64,000 bases of DNA from the human T2T-CHM13v2.0 reference genome, Homo sapiens (GCA_009914755.4 CP068257.2:43104001-43168000), one strand, 5' to 3'. Counted from the stretch's first letter, positions 27,747-44,179 are shown. A program made the numbers and translations. The notes: generated from the letters alone by a model not told the origin.

Positions 27747-29803
27747 CTGAAAGAAAAGGGAACACCCTCCATGTAAAAGGGAGTCTTATACGTAAGCAGC
27801 CTGGCAAGGTCTCCCATTTATTTAAAACACTGGCGGGGGCTTTCAAGAGCTGTGTCCCAGAAACAAAGAACCTGAGAACTGCATGGGGTCGGCCCCACCT
27901 CTAGAGTGCTGGCCACGCAGGTCTCAACGAAAGCCACTCTCATGACTCCTGCGTTCTGAGTGTCTGAAGACACCAGGACAAGTTGTCATCTGTCTTGCTG
28001 TGGAACATGCGACAACCACCTAAGCACAGGCCCACACGGCCTCCCACAGCAGCCTCCTGGGCCACTGCACTTCTGGCACCCGGACAAGCTACACGGGGAC
28101 CACCTGCTGCTTATTTCACCTTTCTCAAGACACTCTGCAGTGTGGCTTCTCTCTCACAGAGCGCCCTCTCAGCAAAACTGCCCCTCACAGCTCCTACCAA
28201 GACAATCCCAAGCAAATGTGCAGCCTAAGGTAGACACCTGACCCCAGGATACCTGACCCACCCCCTAGCCAGCGGCACTGGCAGTCACTGCAGAACTGCA
28301 GTTAGGAGGCACGGAGGGAGTAGCCAGGGCCTGCCGGAAGGCAGAACGGAGAGAGACCACCAGAACTGGATGACATGTGCTGAGGCAGCAGCTGTGCAGT
28401 GCGGCGGTGGCGCTGCTCAGAATGCACGTGGGGACCGGTTCAGAGCAGAGTTGATGAGGATAAAACCCACAGCTGACATCTGAGGACAGCCTGAGCCACT
28501 GCCTCCCTCCCAATCTCCAATCCCCTGGCCTGGCTCCCTCCACTCAGCACATGAAGAGGGTTCACGCCTCAGCCCTCTCAGGATACACACTCGCGTCACA
28601 GGCCCTGACCTCACATCCCTCTAGACCCCACTCCACGGCACCCAAAGGCTCTGCAGAGAATAGCTGAGTGGCCTCACTCTGGCATCGACCCCTGGCCCTC
28701 TGCTGGGTCTGCTCTTTCCTTTCGGACTTGCCGCCTTCCTTTCCCACACCCTTCCTCCTGACTGCCCTGGAAGACCCCTCCCTGCTATGCTGTCACCCTC
28801 CGTCCTACTCCATCACCTACTGCCTCATCCAGAAATGACCCCACATCTTCACTCTCATGTCTGACCCCCTTTTGTGGATGGAGGCCCCTTGTCCCACACA
28901 CCTCAAACTATTCCCCAAATCCTGCTGTCTCCTGAACCCAGAGCAGCACCTCTGGTAGACAAAGAACCAGGAGTCCCAGAGCCTGTACCTTCAAGGTCTC
29001 CCAAACCCACCCCTTCCTCTTAGCCCTGGGACCACTCAGCCCTTCTCTTTTCTCTCCAGGCTACTGCAACACCACGATGTCTCTGTTTGTCTTCCATCAC
29101 ACTATTGGTTACTGCTGCAAGGATGGCCCTTCGAAGGCACAGCTCACAGGACATCACACCCCCAACTCCAATCCCCAGGGTCTGCTGGGGCTCCTCTCCC
29201 TGCAGCCTTGGCTCCAGCCAAAATGAGCTGGCAGTGCCCCCATCAAGTCAGCCACCTCCTGCCTCTGGGCCTCAGCCCAGGCTGCTTCCTTTGCCCCAAA
29301 ACCCCATTCCCTCCCTCCTACCTCATCAACACCTACATGTCCTAAACACACCCCAGACAGCCCCACCAGGAAGTGGCCCGAGAGTCCCTGCATGTGTCTG
29401 ATCTTAGGGTGCATCCCACTGGCCTCTAACTGCTGGTAGGCTTGGACAGTTCCCTAGAACGTAGGAACAAAGAGTTGGGGTCTTTGTCACACGAAGCTTT
29501 ACACCCCCAGTCCAGTGTGTGGCATGTAGTGGGTCCTCAATAAACACCTACTGAGGGAAAAAGACGATCAAGGACCAGAGACCAGTTAATTATGGCCGAC
29601 AATACAATATACAACCCCAGGCTATGCTAGAAGGTATGCTTACAATTGGAAAAGTGTAGGCAGATAACATTAAATGGCAATAGCATGTGTAAACTAACTG
29701 CAAATGAGGAAAAGGACATTCTAAAGACAGGATGACGCAAGGCTGGAGAACACCTGCAGCCTGGGTGTCCACGGCAGCTCCTGCCAGGAGGCTCGGGCCT
29801 TAC

Positions 29804-29944
29804 CTGCCAGCATGCTCACCACCGACAGCAGGATCTTCTCCACACTCTGCACAGGACTCCACCGCTCCGCGCTGCTCTCGTAGCCCATGGGGTCATCGCC
29901 TGGCGCGTGGAGGATGGAAATGCAGACTCTCCCATCAGGGTAGA
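29804..29944 (-). CDS. UBE2G2: UBE2G2 exon 5 CDS: (I)[46 protein letters not shown](E). Catalytic Cys codon at 29922-29924.
   Basis: Exact match to UBE2G2 residues 82-128. Acceptor cccttgcag|TC, donor CAG|gtaagg. Confidence 0.95.
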
Positions 29945-32806
29945 CTGCAAGGGTCAGAGGCAGCCAAGTGAGCCCAGGAATGGTGCCCGAGGCATCGCCG
30001 CGCTTGGGCAGGCTCCACAGATAATGAGAACAAAGACTGCAGACACAGCAACCAAGCTGTTTGCACAGCTGGGGCATAGCCTGGGGCCCTGAGTGTCACG
30101 CTTCATGTCTGCAGGAATCCCGGTGGGGCCTGCTCACTCACTGACAGGCTCCAGGCTGACCCAGCCAGTTCTAATCAGCTGTCGTAGTCTAATCCACTTT
30201 CATATGAATTTTTTTCAAGCAATATATACAAAAAGACTAAATGAAAGGTTATCTGGCAAATATTTTATCAAAATATCTAATGTGATTAGGATTATTTACA
30301 ATACTTTTCAGAGCTAGTTCCTTAGCTATTTCTAATTCTATCATTAAATCCCTGAACCGGTCTGTGTAAAATATATGTTCACATGGCTATGATAAAGGCA
30401 ACTGGAATTATGTAAATATCTACAAAAAGAAAGGCACCAGGATTTCTCTTGGTAGCTTACTCTAATAATAAGTAAATTATCATCAGTACAACCTGGAATG
30501 TAGGTCAATGTGTCTAAATCAAATCCCTTTCCACCAAATATCATCATTAAAAAGATACACAAGGTCTGATAAAGAGAAATAAATTTTCAATTCACAGCAT
30601 TTAATCAGTCCTCTTTTACATATAATTGGGAGGAATTCTCAGATGGCTCCATATATACTCAGATATGCAGTAATCCATCTAGATAGACTCAACTGTAAAA
30701 TTATAAAGCCATTAAAGTTATAATAATAGAAATAGCAATTTTAAAATACATTTATTTAACTCACCTGAGTTAATAAGCTCTGAATTTCATGAAAATTCAC
30801 AAATGTGAATGGCGATCACTTACCTTCAAACAGTCTTGTCTTTCATACCTGGTCCTATGTGTTTCCACTCATCCATTGTTTCAGTGGTGAACGTTCAGTG
30901 GTGAACGCTCTACTATCCAGGAACTGAACCACAACTTCTCATTCAAGGAGAGTGGAAGAAACTAGATGCATACTTGCCCTGGACATCAGGCTGTCCACCT
31001 AAGATCCACATCCACAAAATCAGGAAGTTTCCCACTTCTGTGTTGCCTTCTCCAGGAGTTGGTCCCATAGGGTGACACTGCATCCACAGAAGCATCAAAA
31101 GCACCTGTGTCCCTGCCACAGCCCCTCCTTCACCAAGTCCCAGCAGTGCCATGTCCTAAACCTCTCGTGGATCCACACACATCTCTTTATCTTTAGTGCC
31201 CACATTTAGTTCCCAAGTTGCCGGTGTCTCTACCCTAGACCACTACAGCCGAGGGCCTGCCTGGCTTCCTCCCACCTGTCCTTTGCACTGTACCCAGAGC
31301 GAGCCGTCAGAGATCATTCTGGTCATGCCACTCCCTTGGAGTCTTTCAATGGAGTTCCGCCACTCCCAGGAGAAAACATCAAAACCTTCAGTATTGACCA
31401 AAAGGCCTGAGGTAGTTTGGCCCCGGCCTTCCTCTCCCGTCACTTCCTGCGCTGGGCCTTTGCACATGTGAAGGGCCCCTCCTCCCCGAATCACTCAGGT
31501 AACTCCTGCTTCACTCCCTACAGATGGTCCATCCAACCACCACCTCTGCAAGGTGCTGCCCAGAACTTCCTGATGTGACTTTGCGTTTTGTTTGTGTGAT
31601 TCTCCTATCAATGTCCATCCCTGTCCTTGGAATATAAGCTCCTGAAGGTCTGCTATTATTTGCTCACCACTGTATACCAGCAACTTTCAGTACGTGTGTT
31701 GAATTGTTTTTAAAGTATTTATTGACTAGTTTTTATGATATTGGTAGACCTATAGTTCTCAAAGATAATTTTTAAAAAATCAAAATAATCCAATTACAGT
31801 AAGGCAAAAATTTATATTATCTGAGCATTAAAAATAATTACCAGAACATTAAAAATAATAATCAGACCACCTGTAGTACATAGTCACATAAGGTAATCAG
31901 TTTATTGGTCATATTTGTCACTAATGCCATGTCACAGGTATTGTTCTGAATAATATATTTCTCCTCAATACAATCTTAGTATTTTAATTACCTACAATCC
32001 TCTTCATAGTTGCATTTTATAGCTAACCAATTTGAAACTACTTCAATTACTCTTACCTATCAATTGTATTTTTTAACTTTTTATTATGGAGAATTCCAAA
32101 AACACACTCAAGTAGACAGCGTGTGATGAACCTCCATGTTATCATCTAACTCAGGCGCATGGCCAGTCTCCCTGAAAGAAGGCACGCTTCTGAGCATCCC
32201 CTGTGCACACAAGACTGAAGCAGCTTTGAGATAAGAAAAGAAGTACCAAATGGTCTCTCTCAGGCAGCCGCCCACTACCTATGTGTACCAATATCTGCAG
32301 TAAATGAGAAGTCCTAAACGAGGGTTAGGACAGCAAGTCTATTGGCAGACGGCATTTCCACCAGTGAAGTGGCCGGGGGTGGGGGGGTAGTCCTGAAAAC
32401 CCCTATGGCAAAGATGTAAAAGGAAGAATGTAAAAGGAAAAAATAAAAACTACAGCTGTTCAGAAATTCCAATTCCTACTACTGGACACATTTTCAAATA
32501 AGCTACAGTACAATTCACTTAAATGACCTTATTTTTTTCCTCCTTTTAAAATTAATATATATTAATTTTAGGGCAAAAAAAGATTTACAAAAAGGAAAAA
32601 AAATTTCAATCCGAAAAAAGAATCACTTTTAACATTTTTGTGCTTACTTCTCCAGTTATATATACATTTACATGTGAATTTCTTTTTCAAGAGGAAATTA
32701 TAACAGTGCTACTGCTTTTCCCAGTCAATATAACACAAATACTACTTTGTATCATTGATTCTTCTTTTAGATCATTTAAAAAATCTACATCACATTCTAA
32801 CATATA

Positions 32807-33168
32807 TGATATAGTTTGGGTGTGTCCCCACCCAAATCTCATCTTGAATTGTAGCTCCCATAATTCCCACATGTCATGGGAGGGACCCAGTGGGAAGTAC
32901 TGAATCATGGAGGCACATCTTTCCCGTGCTGTTCTCGTGATAGTGTACAAGTCTCACGAGATCTGATGGTTCTGTAAAGGGCAGTTCCCCTGCACACACT
33001 CTCTTGCCTGCCGCCACTAAGATGTGCTTTTGCTTCTCCTTTGCCTTCTGCCATGATTGTGAGGTCTCCCCAGCCATGTGGAACTGTGAGTCCATTAAAT
33101 CTCTTTCCTTTATAAATTACCCAGACTTGAATATGTCTTTATTAGCAGCGTGACAACAGACTAATACA
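32807..33168 (+). mobile_element. Solo MaLR LTR (THE1-type)
   Basis: tgatatagtttgggtgtgtccccacccaaatctcatcttgaattgtagctcccataattcccac ... ctttcctttataaattacccaga ... gactaatacaa matches the THE1 LTR consensus end to end. Confidence 0.85.
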
Positions 33169-33555
33169 ATATATAACTTAATTTATTCTTGTGTTAAAAA
33201 CCCAGGTTAAGTCAAAATTTTCACCATTACAAATAACACTATGACAAAGATTAGCATAACCCCTTCTGAGCACACACCCATGTGTAAAACTTCCTCCCCA
33301 GTGAAGTAGGGTGGCTGGGTCAAATGGCATCCGGTTTTAGGTGCCTGTTGTCTTTTATCTATATTAAACTGACCTTCAAAATTGAAATCATGTGCTTAAT
33401 ACCACCATGCTTACTTGGCTGAATTTCAAAACATAAGAAGTGTTTTCTAAAGATCTACATCATAGACATATAGAATATACCACATTTCAGGTGGCTGATA
33501 ATATTATCTCCGTACCTATCCTGGTACCACAAAAACTACTTCCAAAAGCACTTAC

Positions 33556-33674
33556 TGTTGGGATGAAACATCTCACAGGTAAATCTCATCTTTGGGGGAC
33601 TTAACGGGTAATCAAGTGGGAAACTCAGGATGGCAGGAAAAACACCAAACTCAAAGCAGGTGTCTTCTGGGCCC
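33556..33674 (-). CDS. UBE2G2: UBE2G2 exon 4 CDS: (M)[39 protein letters not shown](I)
   Basis: The reverse complement was translated base by base and matches exactly. Acceptor tcttctag|G, donor AACA|gtaagt. Confidence 0.95.
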
Positions 33675-33769
33675 CTAGAAGATATAAAATACGTAGACTG
33701 AACTTCAAAGTACATTTTTCAACGTCGACCACAATTGACAAATGGGTTAAGAACATTTTTACCACTTTA

Positions 33770-34117
<348 letters not shown>

Positions 34118-37100
34118 CTAAGTAACAATGAATTGGTACTTTCTTTTCAGTGGAAAGCAATGTCCCATTCTCCAGTTTCAATCTGGTCTAAATCTTAGGT
34201 ACAAGTACAAAGACTGAATTCCAGGCAGTTTTCACATTTATGAAGGTTAAGAGTCAAGCAGCAGAACCTCTTGATAAGAAGGGGATCAGAGAAAAGAACT
34301 AATGTCAATGCTCTAAGATCTGGGAGTTTTTTCTGCAGATGTGGTACAATCACATTTTAGGATAAGGGTATGAATTACGGCACAGGGTATAGCAAGATTA
34401 CATTGTATTTCAACAGATGTGGGGCTAAGAGTTGTATTTCAAAGGTGATTTTTAATTTTTAAACGTGCCCAAGAAGGCATCTTTGCAACCTTCAAGAAGC
34501 AGATGAAGAGCACATGTGATCACTGCTGCATGCTCGGTGAAAGGCTAGGCACACAGGCACCACCACTCCAGGCTGCACCTGCAGGCCCATGTGCTGTGCC
34601 TCATCCCACTGATGCAACATTGGAGCAACTCCCCGTCATGGGCACAGACACAGGCACTGAGTCTCCCTGGACCTATACTTTCCTCACGTGTAAATGGAAG
34701 AAATAGATGAAACCATTTCAGAAATCCTGCTTAAGGTTTAAAACCCAACAAGTATAAATTAACACTATCTTGACCAACAGTTCAAGGCATGATGGCCACA
34801 GGAGAGGAAGAGTGTCAGCCATACTATGCCTGTACCTTCACACCAGGGACGAACTCCTCTTCTCCTACAAATCACATTAATAAAACACACATTGGAGGAG
34901 TTCTAAAAGATCTTGCACCATCTTTCTTTGATAAGGAAGCAGGACTGCTGAATGACAGCGGCAGACAACGAAACAGTGGAAGTTGCACTGGGTGTGACTC
35001 ATCAGATCAATAAATAGGTCAGTAAACCCGTTCTCCGTCTACGAACTGAAAGAACAAGTCCCTTCCTAAACAGCTCTGCTCCTCTAACAACAAAGGCTAA
35101 GGCAGAAAGAACAGTCGTGCAGGGGCCGAGGCCTGGATGAGCAGAGGACAGTCCACACCAGACCTACTGCCTTCAGAAAGAATCCAGGATATGGCACAGG
35201 AAAAAAATAATTTAAAAAAATATACGTTTTAAATCTTCAGTTAAAAAATAGATTTCTTAAAAGTAAAAATTTGTTTTAAAAATCTTAAAATTATCTTGGT
35301 TCAGTGAAATTAATAACAACAGACTTGGAAATATTTATCTCTATAATTAAAGGAAAAAGACAAAAATCAAAAAGAAACTGAACGAAGAGCTTTAGCTTTC
35401 ACCTGGAGGCGGCACTCAGGGCTGTCGGCAGCAACAGCAGATGCCAGCACGGCTCATGGCCCTAGCAGGGCTGATCTGCGGGCAACAGTCAGAAGAGAAC
35501 AAAGCAGTGATTGCTTCATGGAGACAAGATTTTTCAATCTAAAAGACAAATTTTGATTCTGAAAACTGTCTTTGCTACCTTTTCAGAAGAAGATAGCGAA
35601 TATGGCCACTTTGTTTTGGGGAGCTGGGGTGGGGGGGGGGTACTGTGTGACAGTCCCCAGAGCCTCAGCATGACCAGCACAGGGAACGCCACCGAGGGAG
35701 GCACGAGCATGAGCTCTTGCTACTGGTACAACAGCCGCGCTGGAGAGGACAGTGCCCGGATGAGTACCCCCCCCCGGCCCACACTGGCACCCAGCGCCCG
35801 GCAGCCTGGGGACGCCTCAAGCCTGGGTTACTCTGCTCCCCCTGCAATGGCCTGAACAAACACATTCCTGAAGCCCCGCCTTCTCAACACAGGGTGGGCA
35901 CACACCATGTATCAGAGTGAGGCGTGGCCACCCCGAGCCTCCTGTCCAGTACAAGAGCTCAGAGCAAACGATAACCACCACCCATTCATTCTCCACACGC
36001 CCTCTGATGAAAGGGCACCAAGGATTGTGGTTTTCATTTTACTGTCAAGCAAGGCTGGAAAATCCAAGGATGAAATGACTTAGTCAAGGTCCTAGATCAA
36101 TTTAGTATTAGAGTTAAGAGAACACAGTTCAAACTGCGAAATCAGAAGTCAGGCACATAAAGATACTATCTTTAAAAGTAACACTGTTCATATGTCAGGA
36201 ATGCTTGCCAGCACTCAATATTTCTGGCACCTCTGAGTCCAGAATAAGAAAAAATGTCTGGGGTAGTGTTTTTGGAATGAGCCAAATGGTATTTGCTCAA
36301 TACTTTGATAACAGTTCTTTGTTTCTCATAATAGGGCTTTCTTTAAAAAAAATTTTTTTTAATCCACCAGGTCGTTCCTAGCCTCAGAAGCATGACCAAA
36401 CATTTCCTGAAGTGCGCCCACATCTTAAATATCAAAGTTATTTGCAAATGCTCCGGTTTACTACTGGTTTGAAACTGGGATTTCTTTCTCTTTTCTAGAA
36501 CGCCTGGCGCCCAGACAGGAGGGCAGATGGGCAGTGGTGTGCAGCAGCATGCCTGACCCCATGGAACATGCCTTCCAGGCAACTCCCGAGCCAGGAGTGG
36601 GAGACGCCACAGTGCTGTTTTTGGACAAGTTTTATTGCCATACTCCCAGACAACCTCACTTCTCTTTCACCGAAGATGGCCTCACCTGGGAATCTTCAAA
36701 AGAAACAACAACAAGGAGGACACAAATATATCCAAAGCAAATGTAAATTTTTCAAAGCCTGCAAATTATGCTGCCTTATTGATTGAAATCATGACCTAAA
36801 CTCTTTCGGAGCTGAGCTAAGGACAAGCATTAGATTAAGCATCATAATGACCCTGCACTCTACACAGGAGGCACGCTTGCAACAGCTCAGACTGTTTTGC
36901 TGTCTTGTGGGTGAATTAGATACAAAAGCAAATATTGAAAACACCCATGGCCTACTCCTGACTAGCAATTCTCTCTCCTCACAAAGGACAACTGCCTTGT
37001 CACTGTCCTCCTCCAGAGTTGTGACCATTCCTCAGCAACAGTGTGGGTCACTTATATGCCAGTGAAAAGCGAAGATCAGCCTCTTCTGTCTTTCCACACT

Positions 37101-38479
37101 CAACTCAAGGGAGAGATTGTTCTTCTTTGCATTGCCTTTCTAACACTTTTTACTTTCTAGATAAGAGAAGCAGCAGGCAGGTCAGAGTGCCTTATGGAGC
37201 ACCCAGGGCAAGTGGGTGCCCTGAGCTTCGCCGGCAAGCGGTGTTCCAGGAACTGGTGCGCTCGCCACTTCAGCTGCACGCAGGTGTTGGGAAAGCCGAC
37301 TGCTTTTGCTGCTGTTCTCTTTATCAAGTTTGTCACAGCACATAGACAAGAAGTCTCCAACGCACATGTGATAAAGAATTAAAATCACAGAGAATGCAAA
37401 CTCATCCATCAGTATTTAAAACCTGAAGTGGATGACTAAGGGACGATGGCCCTCCAAAAGCTGGAGCCAGCTGAGCTGGAGACGGGAAGGGCAAACTGCT
37501 TCATGGGCACCCTCCACTCTGGGGGAAGGATAAGCACCTCCCTTACGCTACAGAATCGACAGAGGGCACCCAGCAGGAAGGGCATGAGGGCTCCCGGCAT
37601 CTGAGCTTGGGTGCGTCTCCTTCCTTCAGTCCCTGCTCTGCAGTTCAGCAAAAGCTTCTTGCCGATGTTCCCACCCCACTAATGCCCAGGACAGCAGGAC
37701 CAAGGTGGGCTGCACACACAGCCCCCACACTGGGCACTTTAAAAGCCCTAGGACACTGGCTCTGCTATGCCAGGTTGTGCTTGTGGCTGTGCCAGGCAGT
37801 GAGGAGTTAAATAGAAACTGATCCCAATACCCTCGTAGCAAGAGGACGAGGCTGTAAGAAGCCGTGATTTGGGGAAGTGCCTTCCTGCACTTTCCTCCAG
37901 CACTTGGTCTCCACCAGGATGACATATTTGACCCTCACCCCCAGAGCAGGGCCCTGGCTCTGGTTTAAACCCAGAGATCCCCTGTGTTTCCTTTCTGTTT
38001 TGTGGTGTTCTAAGCACCCCAGGCGATACTCAGGTAGATAACCAATGCTAAGAACTGCTCGGAAGAAAAGGGGGAACATTTCCATTTTATGAAATCATAG
38101 TAGGGGCAAATATAGCTTTTGCTCCATATAATTATTTTCATAGTTAAACCTGTCCAAAAGGCATCTACAGCCATACCCTAATTATTTTTTGCAATATAGA
38201 TGTTTCTTAAAATTTTTAAATCTAATATATTTGAACTATAAAGTGTACTAAATAAGTTCATCAATTATAAGAACTTTATAGTATATTCTAACATAGACAA
38301 TCACTTTTACAACATAAACTTTGACCTTATTTAACTAGGAAAATAAAAGAATGTTGGAAAATATTCAAATACAGAAGTATATAAAATAAAAAGCAAATAC
38401 CTCCCTCACTCCCCCTCCCAAAATCACCTCCTTGAGGTAACCAGAGTTAAGTTTGGTTATTGTTCCAGCTTTTCTCTAT

Positions 38480-40132
38480 GTGTGTATAAATTCACATACT
38501 CTAATCTACAAAACTGGATTTCTAAAAATTCAAATGTATCATGGCATTGCTGAGAATTTTAAAACACCTAAATAAATGGAGAGACAGTCCATGTTCATGG
38601 ATTAGAGCACTCAGTACTGATATGATGGCAATATCCCTCAAACTTATCTAAAGATTCAATGTAGTCTCAATCAAAATCCCACCAGGCATTTTGTAGAAAT
38701 TGACAAGCTGACCCTAAAATGTAATGGAAATGCAATGGCCTAGTAAACAATCTTGAAAAAGAACAAAGTTGGCGGACTTAAATTTCCCAATTTTAAAACT
38801 TACCATGAAGCTCCAGTAATCAAGACAGTGTAGTAATGGCCTAAGGATAGGCATAGATCAATGGAATGCAATTCAGAGTCCAAAAATAAATCCTTGCATT
38901 TATAGTCAACTGATTTTTGACAAAGGTGCCAAAATTATGCAATGGGGAAAGAACTGTCTTTTCAACAAATGGTGCTGAGACAACTGGATAACCACATACA
39001 AAAGAATGAAACAGACTCCCACCTAACTCCATACATGACACTAAGTCAATCAAAATAGATCAAAGGCCTAAATGTAAAAGTGAAAAAACACAAAACTTCT
39101 ACAAGCAAACATAAGAGAAAATCTTTGCAACCTTGGGTTATATACAACACCAAAAGCATGCTCTATATAAGAAAAAAAATGCAAAATCACACTTCATCAA
39201 AATTAACAACTTTTTAGTTTCAAAAGACTCTATTAAGAAAACAAAATGGAGAGTTGCAGATTGGAAGAAAATATTTAAAAATCCTATGTCTAATGAAGGA
39301 CTTGTATCAAAATATATTTTAAAAACTCTTAACGTTCCATCAACAAGAAAACAACCGAATATAAAAATGGGGAAAAGTTCTGAAGTTCACCAAAGAAGAT
39401 ACATGAACGGCCAATAAGCCCATTAAGAGATGCTCAACATCATTAGTCGTCAAGGAAATCCAAGTCAAATCTGTAAGGAGACCCCACTTTACACCCACAA
39501 GAACAGCTGTTATCAGACAACAGCAGTGTTGGTGTGGAAGTGGAGAAACTGGAATGCTCATACACTGCTGCTGGGAATGCAAAATGGTGAGCTACTCTAG
39601 GAAGATAGTCTGATAGTTTCTTAAAACATTAAACGCAAATTTACTCCACACCCCAGCAATTCCACACCTCTATATCTGGTCTAGAGAAATGAACTCCATG
39701 TCCACACAGACAGTGTGACAAGACAAGTGTTTACAGCAGCATTGCTCAAAAGAGCCAAAAAGTAGGAAGCCCAAATGTCCATCAACTGGGGAATGGAAAA
39801 GGAAGGAGCTGCTGATACATGGTATAACATGGATGAACTGCAAATACATTCTGCCAAGTACAAGAAGCCAGGCACAGATGATTAGACAGTGTATGATTCC
39901 ACACATAGGAAAAGTCAGAAAAGGCAAATCTATAGTCAGAGGAAAGAGCAGGGATTGCCTGGGGGTTGGAATGGGAACTGTCTGCACATAGACATAAGAA
40001 TCTTTTTGGAAATGTTCTAAAACTGGACTGTGGTGATGACTACAAAACTCTAGAAATTTACTAAAACCACTAACTTTTATACTTAATGCAAGTAAAACTT
40101 ACAGTATGTAAATTATCTCAATAAAGCTGTTT
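38480..40132 (+). mobile_element. L1 (LINE-1) 3' fragment: ORF2 C-terminal region plus 3'UTR
   Basis: tcaactgatttttgacaaaggtgccaaaattatgcaatggggaaagaactgtcttttcaacaaatggtgctg ... gtaaattatctcaataaag is typical of L1 ORF2 and the 3' end. Confidence 0.85.
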
Positions 40133-40133
40133 A

Positions 40134-40524
<391 letters not shown>

Positions 40525-43038
40525 CTATTATTCTAGAATCCGCCTTTTCCATTTATATTGTGTACATCTTTCCATGCCAGGATGAAAATTCCACCTGAAC
40601 TGTTTTACAGCTACATGGCATTACTCTATATAGATGCTCCATAAATTATGTGGAACAGTGATGTTTCCTTTTTTATTATTATTACTGCAATGAATGTGGC
40701 AATAACTTCTTCATATAGGGATCTTTGTGACACTTTTGTTGAAGAAAATGCTATGGTGAGATTACATACAATACAAATTATAAACACCTATTTTATTATC
40801 TCGGGTTTATTTCAGCAAGGCATAATACTGCCAAGAGATGCCCTGTGACAGTCTTCGGTCAACAAGAAACCTGGACATAAAGGGAGGCTGCTGTGCCCCG
40901 GACACTGGCCCCCAGTGTGAGAAGGGCTCCTGGTAGAAGCCGCGGCAGCCTGGGAGCCCTCAAGCTGGCTGCCATGAGCCAGCTGGAGAACCTGGGAGCA
41001 TCCATCCACCAACTGGGCCCCAAACACACCATTCAGTAAAGGAAGGTCCTTCTTATTTCACCACAGCCTCTAGAACCACTGGTCTGGGGAGGTGACAGCA
41101 GTCAGGCATGAACCAGACAAGAAGGTCACCAAGCCAGCTGATTTGGGAATGCTGGGGCAGGACACAGAGGACAGCAAGCGCCAAGGGACTCCACGCCTTG
41201 TCCGGCCACTGGGGATGAACAGCTGTCTAGGACTCCTTCTGTCCCACATAAGTGCATCAATGAAAGAGGGCACCCACCCTCTCTGCAGCTACACCCCCGT
41301 CACCGTGGCTTAGTGGCAATGGGGTCACGGGCCATGGACCCTAGAGCTGGGCAAGAACTGTAACCATCTGTCTAGAAGATGCTGATAAACCTCTCTGTTT
41401 TGATCCAAATAAGTCAAAGAGAGGCAAAGTGACTGGGCCAAGAGCAGCAGGCCATGCTAGCACCCACAGCCACGGTGGCCACATCCCCTGGTGTGCCGCC
41501 ATCCCAGCCACGCTCGATTTGATTGCAGGCTCAGACTCCACCATGAGCGTGGCAGGGTCAGCAGAGTTATTCCCGGTGTTTAAAGACACAGCCTGCGGAC
41601 TCTCATTATTTAGTCCTCTCATTCACTAATCTGTTCTATTCTCCATCCTAATCCCTCAACCCTGGTCTTCCAAGGTAAAGATTTCAGTGCATCTTTGACA
41701 TGTCTGTATCTTCAGACAAGGGCCCTAACATATCAAAGGCACTTAGTGTTTGTTGCTTAGATATCTAAAATGACATTTTCTTCACTGGCCCTTAAGGCAA
41801 GCACAACAGCAAAAACCAACAGCCGTTCGACTTCTGTGAGGCAAGCACGGGTTTTAGAAATACTAGGGTAGAGAGGCGGCCCTGGAAGCCATCAAAGAAT
41901 AAAGAGAAAAAGAAGAAACTTATCACCAAGGAGCAAAGACTTGGCCAGATGTCTGCCAAAATAGCAGGGTGAGACAAATCGATGGGAGGACAGTTAATTC
42001 CCTAATAGGCATTTTAAGTGCACTTGTAAACGGCCTCTTGTTTGTGAAGGGTCTGGAACAGGACCAAAACCCACAAACTCACTAGGATCTTCAAGCAGGG
42101 GAATTCCAAACTAATGCAAAAAGCCTTGTTCAAACACAGAAGTGCTCTACCTAAAAATAGTTCTAATTACTTTTTAAGACAGGTTTTCAAAATATTGGTT
42201 TAATTTTACACTGTTTATTTAAAATTGGTAATAGTTACCCTAATCGATTTTTAACAATGAACATTTTTTTAAAACCACACTGGACGGCTCAACTGTTCCT
42301 TTAATGAGCTTCCAAATAGGCCTACGGAGGAGCCAACACCCCACAAATACTGCAGACACGACAGGCGCCTTCAACCTCTACACACAGACAGGCCTCCCGC
42401 CACTCTGGGCCTCTGCAGCAGGCGTGCTGCCCCGCTGGCATGAGTGCAGGTGCGCCTGCATTAACACATGAAACAAGCAGGTTACACATCAGTTCATGTA
42501 TATGATCTCCTGCTTCTACAGAAATAAAAAGAGCTGCCCCGATACAAGTATACAGCCGCACAGTCCACTAATGAGGACAGCCCAGACTGTGGGACTCGCC
42601 ATCCATCTCATAACTGCCTTGGGGGCCACATTACACACAAACACAGATTCCAGAAACCTTCAGACACCGAAAAAACATGTGCCATAGGCCCAAGCAATTA
42701 GGATATTACAAATGATCAGGAAATGGCAGGCGTGCTGTACCATCTGAATAGCGTTTGATGATTTTTTAAAAACATTTTGTTTATCCAAAATACTAATTTT
42801 CATATCAATTTAACCTCCACAGACAACACTTAGCTGCAATCTGTTTCTCAGACCAACCCATAGAGCATTAAGAATTAATGTGATCCAAGCAACTGGCGAA
42901 TTCCAAAAGCATCATGAAGCTTAAGATCACTTCAAGCCAGAGCCCACACTTGTTTCACAGCCCTCACTTTTCCGGTCCTTGCCCTCTAGAGCACTTCTCA
43001 ATGCAACAAAATCCAACCCAAGACCTTGCTGCAAATTA

Positions 43039-43402
<364 letters not shown>

Positions 43403-44179
43403 TTACAAATTTCAACTTCCTAAATTTTATTTAACCTCACTTTGCTGAAAATACACTAAGAATGGCCAAAAATTGCACATCTAAGGTAGAAAGAAGAAAA
43501 AGCAAAGTGAGTCAAGGCCATAGAACACTCTAAAATCAGGGGTCCATGTGTTTCTCTTTCCAAGCAACGTCACCCTAAGTTAAATGCCACGAATCCCAGA
43601 ACCACACTGCTCACTTACTAAGCCATGTCTTGGGTCGGAAAGAACACAAGGCCAACAAGTCCAGACAAGGCAACAGAAAAAGGAGATGCAGCACACGAAG
43701 ATACGAACTGGGAGGAAAGGAGAAGAAAAAGAAGTCCTGGCCCAAAGGCAGGGCAGGCAAGGCTGCGCTAACATGCCTGGTGTGGTCAGACACATCTTTG
43801 AGGACCCTTTTCTCGTCAAAATTTCACACCTGAAGGGGCTACTTCTGGAAGCCAAAGCCACCTACGCCATTTGAGGTTATTTTAACCACGATCATACAAC
43901 ATTCCAAAATTACCACCTTAAAACTCTCAAATATATAATACATATATTACATAATTATAACTAAACCTTTGACTGGCTCTAAGGAAACACTCATTTCTTT
44001 TGGATCAATGCTCAGGTTCTCTGCTTTCAGACCAGCAGCCTAGACGAGAGCTGGGCATTACTGGAGAACTCAGTCTTTTTTCCAGCTGATGCTTTTGGAC
44101 ACAGTCACACTGCTGATGTGATTCTTACATCTGACTTCCAGCAAAGCCCTAAAAACTAGTACACCTAAAATTAACTTAC

